A stretch of 64,000 nucleotides of DNA from Octopus vulgaris (lineage: Eukaryota). The notes below the pieces were generated by a model. It had not been told where the DNA came from. It saw nothing but the letters and a program-made list of their open reading frames with translations, and ran no database searches. The position numbers and the translations under genes are program-made. The DNA is taken from the NCBI GenBank assembly GCA_951406725.2, contig OX597822.1:72850001-72914000 (forward strand). Reading direction: 5' to 3'. Each line of letters starts with the position of its first letter. Within the stretch, counting starts at the first letter, position 1. Below are positions 54,957 to 64,000 of this stretch, piece by piece.

Positions 54957-55121
54957 ATAATTTATATATTTTATAACAGAATCGATAACTTGGTTATCCT
55001 TCTTGCGACTTTTTTATAACTTAAATGTCACACGGATAGGACATGTCCTATATTGTTTTGCAGTAGAGTGTTACATTTGTATACGTAAATACCTTTCATA
55101 ACGCGTACATATGTGCATGCG

Positions 55122-55168
<47 letters not shown>

Positions 55169-55665
55169 GCCTGAGAGAAAGAGAGAAAGAAAAAGAAAGA
55201 AAGAGGTACTGTAGTCATATACTAATTGGTAAATAGACACTATACCAGAGACGTAACTAACTTGTTCAGAATGACAGAAGAGCAAAGCAGCTAAGCAAAC
55301 GGACTGGGTGTGTCTAAATGCGGAAGAGGAGTTAATCGTTAATTTACATGCTATTTATTCTGCATTATTCTTCCTCAAATCAACTTTTCATATTACATGA
55401 CTACTGGATAAGAAATTCAACGTATTTCTAGCTGTGTGATTGGATGAGGAATAGCAAAGTGACGATAATCTACATCGTTATGTGTGGCGCGGTTTTCTTA
55501 ATTGTATATAATTTTTTTTTTATGAGAGGCGGAGTGCATTTGCATAACTTCTCCGATAGATGATATATTATGGGTCTCAATCAGCTTTTGTTAACTTATA
55601 TCAATATATACAATAGAACTTTTTAATGTCAAATAGAAACTGCTTCTTGTCAAGTAAACAAGAAT

Positions 55666-55699
<34 letters not shown>

Positions 55700-55714
<15 letters not shown>

Positions 55715-55901
55715 ATGGGTACAAGACATACCAACGGTACAAATAGCATGAAATACGTACAAAAACAAGTTAGAATGGGAGAAAAGTAAACACAGAGAAA
55801 GGACACTGCTTTCCCTTCTTTTCTCGTTGTTTACGTATTCAGCTTGTTTGTTTACATATTCCATGTTATTTGCACCGTTGGTGATGTCCTGTGCTCATAT
55901 A

Positions 55902-55910
<9 letters not shown>
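55700..55910. repeat. Inverted repeat between (TA)n tracts
   Basis: ACCAACGGTACAAATAGCATGAAATACGTA vs TACATATTCCATGTTATTTGCACCGTTGGT. ~75-bp arms. Confidence 0.75.
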
Positions 55911-55948
<38 letters not shown>

Positions 55949-55983
55949 TATTATTTAATTGAACGCGGCGCATGTATTTCCAA

Positions 55984-56047
<64 letters not shown>

Positions 56048-56496
56048 AGCTTCCGATGCGAATGCGAGTGCCAAGAAGTAGAGCATGTCGTTTTCAAATT
56101 TCAGGCAGAGATAATTGCGTCATGGTACTGTTGTTCTCCCAAGCGGTGCCCAACTGATCCTACTATACTGTTTAGTATGAGAAACAAAATGAGAAACAAA
56201 GAATGCGTATGCGTGAAATTAAACGATATAGAATTGTGGCAATTTACCCATCGCACTCCATGTGTGTGTGTGTGTGTATATACATATATAGAGACAGAGA
56301 GATAGAAAGGTATAGATAGATTAATAGATAGGCAAAGATAGACAGATAGGTAAGGTAAGGAAGATAATGGAGAAGAGATTCAATTGACAAACATCAGTAA
56401 GATTTATTTACTATAATCATAGGAATAAATAAATAAACTCCACTCTTACTGCTGTTGCAGCTTTGGGGGGCCAGTATGTTAAAGTTGACATATCTA

Positions 56497-56548
<52 letters not shown>

Positions 56549-56689
56549 CACGAGTGGTGTTCATTATAGATTTCCTGTTACCCACTTCCATTTATTGCTG
56601 GAAACGTAACATGTACAGGTATAATCATACATGTCTACATGTCACATTGTAAATTGCACCTTTCCATTAGTATTCGCCCATCCTTTACG

Positions 56690-57420
56690 GCTGCTGAAGT
56701 GTACTAAGGTGTTATAATGGTAGCAGTTATGGTGATGATGTCCCATCATATGATGTGGTCAAGCACTGGTATCGCCAGTTCTAATGTTGTGGGACATCGG
56801 TGGAACCTACTCCTATTCCTGGACGATCATATTCCGCCATTGATGACGGAAGCCGCTATTTTGGATGATCACCGCATATCTTTTCGGCAACTAGCCCAAG
56901 AAGTGAAGATAATTGTAGGACCCGTTGAAAAAGTTATTCACGACCATTTGCACATGCACAAGTTGTTTGCATGATGGTTTCCTCGGATACCCACACCTTT
57001 TTCAGAAGCAGGAACGAGTCAATTGCTCCCAATTCTTTTGGCAATGTACCAAGAAAACAAGGAGGACTGTTCGGCAGACTTATCACACAGGTTGAAACAT
57101 GGTTCCATCACTATGATTCTGAAATAAACGTCCAGTCGAAACAATGGAGTATGATAACTCACCACCTCCAAAGAAGGATTGTGTCAAACATTCTGCAAAC
57201 AAGGTGATGCTCACAGTCTTTTGGGACCAACATGGAGTAGTGATGATGGATTTCCTGGCAAAGGGTTATATACTTCTCTGCTGTAGAAATTGCGCGACTC
57301 CATCAAAGCATCGAGGCGTGGCTTGCTGACCAAAGTAGACCGCCTCCTCCAAGACAACTACCCAGTTTACAATGAGCATGTTGCCCAGATGAAGCACACT
57401 CCTGCGACTATGACTTTCCG
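56690..57420 (+). mobile_element. Mariner transposase remnant
   Basis: IHDHLHMHKLFA*WFP, ITQVETWFHHYDSE..QSKQW, SANKVMLTVFWDQHGVVMMDFL, LLQDN. Confidence 0.88.
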
Positions 57421-57447
57421 CCCCTGAAATGTTTCCTGCATACCGAG

Positions 57448-57718
57448 AAGGTAGGTGCTCAAGCACTGATAAGGTGCATAGATGAGGATTTAGCTGTTGA
57501 GACACGGAATTTCATGAGACGCTCATCAACATCTTGAATGAAAGATGGTAATTTGCAAAGCAGAGTCGTGTTAAGGGCAAACCCAACACGATGGATCCGC
57601 GTTTCATCTGCTGGTTATCCAATCCGAAACAAGTATAACCTCATCCAACTTCCTCCAATTCTCCAGTGTCCGCAAGCCTGGTTTCACTCAGGGCAGTAAT
57701 ATCAATGTTATGGGAGCC
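57448..57718 (-). mobile_element. RTE-clade LINE AP-endonuclease fragment
   Basis: Minus strand: HNIDITALSETRLADTGELEEVG...HRVGFAL...DERLMKFR...LISA*APT. Confidence 0.85.
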
Positions 57719-57864
57719 GATATGAACTTTATTTGTGGTTAAGAAAGGAACAAATATATACACACACACATAGAAGCACATATATATATGCCCATATATA
57801 AATATATATACACAAACAGATATATGTATATTTATATATATATAACTATATAAATACTATATAT

Positions 57865-58249
57865 AACTATAAATACAAGGGTAAAAATTATTAAGATAAT
57901 TTATACCAGTGGTAAATATGTGTAATAGAAGTCAGAAAACATTTTTATAATTTAAAAACGTATAAAATTTATACACAGAAAGAAGACCACCATGTGGACT
58001 TCTAACATGCTAAAAAGGACAGTCAAATCCTAAACTACGGAAACATTCTTATTGATGGCACATTGCTTGTGGTTTAGGATTATATCCTTTTTAGCATGGA
58101 AGAAGTCCACATGGTGGTCTTATCTCCGTTTATAAATTTTTATATACTCTTAAATTATAAAAATATTCATGTTTTCTAATTTTTATTACACATGCTAACC
58201 ACTGGTATAAATTATTTCAATAATTTTTACCCTTGTATTTTTATAGTTA
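57865..58249. repeat. Inverted repeat (~175-bp arms, 30-bp spacer) next to TA-rich tract
   Basis: AAGACCACCATGTGGACTTCT vs AGAAGTCCACATGGTGGTCTT, and ATACAAGGGTAAAAATTATT vs AATAATTTTTACCCTTGTAT. Confidence 0.85.
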
Positions 58250-59040
58250 AATATTTCAGATAATACACGGTTGAATTTATTCACTGATATACTATGCTGA
58301 TTCGGCACACTGCTTCAGGCAGCAGCAGCACTGTCCCTATAAGCACGCTAAACGGATACAATAATTATCATAATCCTATATCTTAAAATGTCATGCTACT
58401 GAGGATTGCAAAGTGATTTATATTAGAGAGCATGAAATCTTAAGATAAAGGATTAACCGAAATTTTGTAAATCTTCTTGCTCATTAACTCGCATTTGACC
58501 TGTGGTTATAAATAGATAGCAAACTTAGAGTCGATTGTAAGTATTTGACAACTACATCTAGCGTATAGGCGCTGGAATTTCAGCGTCCTTAATTATAATT
58601 ATGTTTTTTTTAATTATATATTTATATATATGCATACATACATACATATATATATATATAGAGAGAGAGAGATTCAGATGAATATGGTACTTAAGTTGAG
58701 GCACCAGAATTTAGTACGCTGTTATCCATACAATTTCAAAGTAAGGTGATTAAAATCAAAATAAGCAAAAGGATATCCAGAGGTAATGCAGTACGATCGT
58801 TTCATTCAATTCCATTTAATTGAAAAATGCGATCATTACATCAATTTAAAAGCAGACCAATCTATATAAATACATACACACGAACACACACACATATATA
58901 TATATATGCAACTGTAACATTTTTTATTATCATTTTCTTATTTCCCTTTATATTTCCTATATCTCTCCTTTTCCAAAATAACTTATATTGAACTCTACTA
59001 TTTCCTTCTATTTAAGTCTCTAATATCATCTTTGGTGAAG

Positions 59041-59358
59041 GGCGGCGAGCTGGCAGAAACGGTAGCACGCCGGGCGAAATACTTAGCGGTATATCGTCTG
59101 CTGTTACGTTCTGAGCTCAAATTCCGCTGAGGTCGACTTTGCCTTTAATCCTTTCGGGGTCGATTAAATAAGTACCAGTTACGCACTGGGGTCGACATAA
59201 TCGACTTAATCCGTTTGTCTGTCCTTGTTTCTCCTCTCTGTGTGTAGCTCCTTGTAGGCAGTAAAGAAATAGGTATTTCGTCTGTCGTTACGTTCTAATC
59301 CCTTTGTCTTTCATTGTTTGTCCCCTCTATGTTTGGCCCCCTGTGATTAATAAAGAAA
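59041..59358 (+). mobile_element. SINE family A, full length plus partial second unit
   Basis: Close match to the 44331 copy. After the tail the sequence restarts at internal GTATTTCGTCTG and repeats the tail. Confidence 0.9.
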
Positions 59359-59494
59359 CCAAAGGGATATCCCTCATATCCCTGCAAAAGGTGTAAGACT
59401 AACTTTCTCTTTATAAACGTCCTAGAAATTTCACACTGCCTTGGCTTTGCTGCCTCATCTTATTTTATTTAACATCATATATATATATATAATA

Positions 59495-59697
59495 TGTGAC
59501 TGCGTGTGTATCATTGGCGATTTTCTTTGTCCGTCTTCCCTTCCTGGGACCTTTCCTTTTTCTATTTTCTGACTAAGAGCTCCGCTCGAAACGTTGAATC
59601 CTCCTTCTTTCTTTCGTTTCCCGAGCGTCCAATACCACTATACTTGTTCCACGTCCTCACGTTGTTGTGTTTTCTCTTTGTTCATGTTTAGATTAAC
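59495..59697 (+). mobile_element. TA-flanked hammerhead-type element
   Basis: ttt-CTGACTA-a-gagc-tcc-gctc-GAAA-cg-TT-gaa at 59566-59598 (G8 substituted). TA tracts on both sides. Confidence 0.6.
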
Positions 59698-59741
59698 TAT
59701 ATATATATACATATAACATATATATATATATATATATACTT

Positions 59742-59775
<34 letters not shown>

Positions 59776-60024
59776 ACGCACACAGGCGCACATATTTGAT
59801 TTCATTTGTTTTTTTGCGTTTTGTTACATATTCATATGACACAATTTTCATTGTGCAAATAGAACTTTCTGGCCAATGTAGAGTTATTTTTATCATTGTA
59901 CTGATTGCTATGATCGTTATAATAATGAAGATGTCGATTTTAATAACGATAATTGTGATCAGAATAAGGATAAAATTTATGGTTAACGTATCGACAATAA
60001 TGACTTGACGTTCATGATGATGTT

Positions 60025-60205
60025 AGTGATTATTATTATCATCAGCATTATCATCATTATTATTGTTATTATTATTATTGTCATTATTATTATTATTATT
60101 GTCATTATTATTATTGTTCATTATTATTGTTATTGTCATTATTATTATTATTATCATTATTATTATTATTGTCATTATTATTATTGTTCATTATTATTAT
60201 TATGA
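60025..60205. repeat. (ATT)n / (CAT)n degenerate array
   Basis: Read directly. Confidence 0.9.
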
Positions 60206-61279
60206 TAACCCGTCCACAATGTTTGAATTTATGATTATTTTTATAGAGAAGCGAGTGAGATTGCGTTGGGGGAGAACGCTACCTTGAAGATGACGACGAT
60301 GATGATGATGGGCACCGTGTTAATGTTGTTTTTGGTGGTGGTGCTAATTTCGATATTAGTGATTATGATGTTGATTATGATAATTATTATATTCATTTAG
60401 CGTTCTTATAGTGACAGTGCTGCTGCTGTTGCTGCTAGTAAAGATAATGATAATTATAATTCATTTTCATTAAGATAATAGAGATATCGATTTTGATAAG
60501 GATGACATTAATAATAATGCTAGTGCTGGAGTTGTTGATGATGGTGATGACGACGACGACGATGACTACGACGACGATAAGTTTGATAATCACGATGCCG
60601 AGGACAACGTTATTGATTATGCCGATGACGATGGCAATGACGGCGATGATGCTGATGAGGACAATAGGGAATGTAGTAAAATAAAAACAGAAGTAGAAAT
60701 ATTAAAGTAGAACCTATTGGTGGTGAGTTTGATGCAGGAAATATTATTAAAGAAGAAGAAAAAAACGTTCTTTAAAGGCAACTACAAACGGTTTCCGGGA
60801 TTGCTTCACAAACACAAAAGATTTGAAAGAAAAAAAAACCCGGCTTATTAGAAAATCACTTCAAAGAAACGCTATGTAATCTGTTGATAAATTCTAAGAA
60901 CTCTTCAACTTCTTTCCTATCTGACTAAGCATTGTTTGTAAAGGAACATTAGAAATCTATTGTGATTATGTTGCACAAGTTTGTTTTATATATGAATTTT
61001 ATGTTCCTTTATTTATTTAACTATATTTTTTAATTATTTATTTTTTATATATTTTCTTAATCAAAGCAAGAAGCGTAATTATTATCGACATACATTGGTA
61101 ATTCTTCAGGCTTGTCATTTTGTTGTTGCTGTTGTTGTTGAAGGAGGTTAAACTACACGTACACGCACACAGAGATATACTACAAATATACAGGTTAATT
61201 CCACTTTTGGAGTCTTTACCTTCTTATTCCTACATAACATTGATCTTATGTTATTTTTATTGCTCCAGGAAAAAGAGAA

Positions 61280-61445
61280 AAAAATTGACCAAATTGGAAC
61301 GCATGCTCTTTCGTTTAATGTGAAAGGGAGAGCGTCTTATAATCAGAAGCATGCTTCTAAGAAAGCATGGAAGATTAAAAGATAGAGTGGATGAGAATGC
61401 AAAAGGATATACTAAGAGTGAGGCGTCTACAGACATTCATCCTGA
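61280..61445 (+). mobile_element. Possible L1/Tx1-type LINE fragment
   Basis: LTKLERMLFRLM*KG...LRVRRLQTF resembles the post-RT FxFxWxG region of L1/Tx1 ORF2. Confidence 0.35.
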
Positions 61446-61489
61446 ACCACAAAAATAATAACTATAAGGATGACGTCGATGATAAACAA

Positions 61490-63250
61490 TTGTGGGCATT
61501 GGATACCATCCCTGTTGCACGTACCAGCGTACACGTAAGTTTCTTCGAAATCTAACTGCTTAATTTTGGTAGCCATGTAGAGTTGTATGCAATAGGGTTT
61601 TAAGAGCACAAGGCGGAATTCCATTTCAACATCCTCACTAAACGGTTTCACTACAGTTAAAGACCATTCCAGTTTTTGATCACCTTTTGGGAAACAGGTT
61701 ACATTAATCATGCAAAAAAAAAGTGGTTGAGTAATTTGTGATTTATTTCTGTGGTATATTATGTACTAATATCTGGTATAATTTAATAGCCTATTTGATG
61801 GCATGAGAGTCACTCAAAAGAGAATTGGTGATAGAGAAGCCTTTTAAAAACATTGCAGCTTATATCAATATGACCAACATTAACAGTACATTTTTCTCCA
61901 TTCAGCATTAGAGTGGTTTTCCTGAACGTCATACAATTTGACCGAAAATTACCAACAACTGGAGAGATTTTATAGATTTCCGATCATATCTTAGTCCAAC
62001 TATGGAAACAGCGATCATACGCTTGTTTGAAATCAACCCACGAAACAGAAAGATTTCTAAGTCCCATATAGCAGTCCCAGTGAATGATTTAATTTATCAA
62101 AAGCTTGTTTTCATCACACAACCTACGTTCGCAGCCATTTTATTCGTTGGGGGAAAATTCTGTAATCCGGGAGAAGGTTATACGTGTCTTTACTAATGGG
62201 AGATGTTAGTATGTTATACACAATTGAAAGACAAGTAATTGATCAGAGTTTGGGAAGGGTTATAAGTTACTTCACGTTTGGGATTTAAGCTACTCCACCT
62301 ACAAGTCAAAGAAGGATTCTTTAAGGTTCTTTAATATTTCCTGTATCAAACTCACCACCAAAACGTTCTACTTTAATATTTCTACTTCTGTTTTTATTTT
62401 ACTACATTCCCTATTGTCCTCATCAGCATCATCGCCGTCATTGCCATCGTCATCGGCATAATCAATAACGTTGTCCTTGACATCGTGATTATCAAACTTA
62501 CCGTCGTCGTAGTCATCGTCGTCGTCAAGACGACTTGATATCCCATGGGACTCGGTCAGACATTCAGCCAGAAAATAGGGCTCCCATTTTTCCATGCGAT
62601 TTCTATTTCCTGGATTTGCTCATTTCAGTCCGGAGATCTTCATCAAAGAGATCATCATTCCATATTTACTCTTAAATATGTTCAGTATCTCTGATTTACA
62701 AACGAATCGAGGGAACATCACAATTGTGTTCATTGGGATTCGATCAGATTGATTTCCAAAACATTTGTACTTACTCCTCGGCAGGGGTAATTTTAACAAT
62801 TATATTAGCTTTTGCAATTTTTCTCCAAACGATTCTTTTAGAATCTTTTCGGAACATTCTATTATCCTTGAAGAAGTTTGATCTTTGCTTGAGCCTCGTT
62901 ATACCTGATCACTTGCATGGTTTTTCGGCTGCATTATTGATTTCAGTTATTCCTTTTATGTCATATTCTATTTTCAGTTTCTTAGCTTTCGGTATCTTAA
63001 AATTTTCTTCGTCTTTGATATTCCTGAATATTTCAATATCAGATCTAAGTACATTATTTTTAATTCTCTCTTGCTATGCTTGTTTCCTGTTTATAATATT
63101 AATCTTTCTTTTTAGTCGAATACCATCCTGCGCTGGTTACTAACGCTGTAGCATAGAATAAATTATTCACTAAGCTAAGATCTACTTCATTAAGATTTTA
63201 GCACTGCCTTTACCTTTCCTATTATTCTACCAATTACTTTTGAGTTGCGA
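61490..63250 (-). mobile_element. R4/Dong-clade retrotransposon RT region (decayed)
   Basis: Minus-strand motifs in order: LRSDIEI, NRMFRKDSK, NLSVSWVDFKQAYD..HSW, SLSPIL, LNHFFLHD, VKPFSEDVEMEF, IKQLDFEETYVY..DGIQ. Confidence 0.85.
62327..62527 (-). repeat. Inverted duplicate of 60552-60754
   Basis: Reverse complement matches GACGACGATGACTACG...AGAAATATTAAAGTAGAAC...GGTGGTGAGTTTGAT with few mismatches. Confidence 0.92.
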
Positions 63251-63439
63251 ATCTATGGAAAATCATTGCGAATTCTCATTTCGATGTCTTTGACCAAAAA
63301 CCACTCTGACAGAATTTCTATCAACAGATTGTCAAATTAATTTTTTGTGTTTCTACTTGGACAAAATTTCCAGAAAGGTGCGGAAACTGACGAAGATTCA
63401 AGCTGAAATGCCCTGAGAAAGGGACATTTATAGGCCGTG

Positions 63440-64000
63440 CCGGCTCAAGGAAAATATGACTGGATCTTATTTAAGATATGAGTAATATGTGCGTTGCTAA
63501 TCGTTCAGTGCCACTGATGGTTGGTGTACAAGTCTGTCAGACATTGCTGACTTCAGTAACGAGAATGAATATAAGCGATTCAGAATAGAAGGAAAAAAGC
63601 GGCATAGTGGCGTGACAGGAGATAGCGACATAGTGGTTTGACAGTGAATATAACATTTATCACAGATGAGTGTGATAATGTTTGGATAAACAAGAGTCGT
63701 GGCAATAGATACAGAAAGCAGGTGTAAATGCAGAAATCAAACGTAAATGAAGCTTCAATCTGTGTTGCAGAACGTACACTTAATATTAATTATGTCCATA
63801 AGAACGCTGAATCACTCTAAGCAGGTAGAAAAGATGACAGCATCAGCGACATAATGAGGGAATACGGTAAACATGGACAAAAGGAACACGAATGGAGACG
63901 TGATAATACACATTGTATTGTTTGGTGGGAACTATGTGGAAAATATACAGTTGAGACAAAGCTGACAGGTGGTACGGATATCAACCAAATATAGTGTAAT
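63440..64000 (+). mobile_element. R4/Dong-clade retrotransposon, post-RT/zinc-knuckle region (runs off the window)
   Basis: DDSISDIMREYGKHGQKEHEWRRDNTHCIVWWELCGKY...DRWYGYQP matches the ETxxHIxxxCxxLAQxEYxRRHD...HWELCxKY...WYEHxP pattern. Confidence 0.8.

Noticed and set aside
62724-63143. 139-aa plus-strand hydrophobic ORF
   Set aside because: Antisense shadow of the lysine-rich Dong/R4 coding region on the minus strand.

Overview
This is AT-rich, microsatellite-saturated eukaryotic DNA, not prokaryotic. The SINE repertoire (CORE-type tRNA SINEs resembling Octopus OR elements) and the (TA)n/(CA)n/(TAA)n load suggest an octopus or other coleoid cephalopod (inference). I find no intact protein-coding gene: nearly every ORF in the track is a translated microsatellite or transposon debris. 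The window holds three dispersed tRNA-derived SINE families and four decayed Tc1/mariner elements (Tc1-like, two mariners, one maT-like). It also has R4/Dong, RTE and Penelope-like (PLE) retroelement remnants, one strong candidate non-coding exon on the minus strand (35723-36299), and an unidentified decayed ORF (~1126-1920). The most interesting signal is a set of short elements of several unrelated sequence families. Many sit inside (TA)n tracts, many carry an inverted copy of their own end, and several contain type I hammerhead ribozyme folds. The three best folds show covarying forms of the core 3-8 base pair (C3-G8, U3-A8, G3-C8). One family joins a tRNA-like Pol III head to a hammerhead tail. 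Together these suggest a PLE-mobilised, retrozyme/SINE-like non-autonomous system. All calls were made by eye without database searches, and boundaries of decayed elements are approximate.
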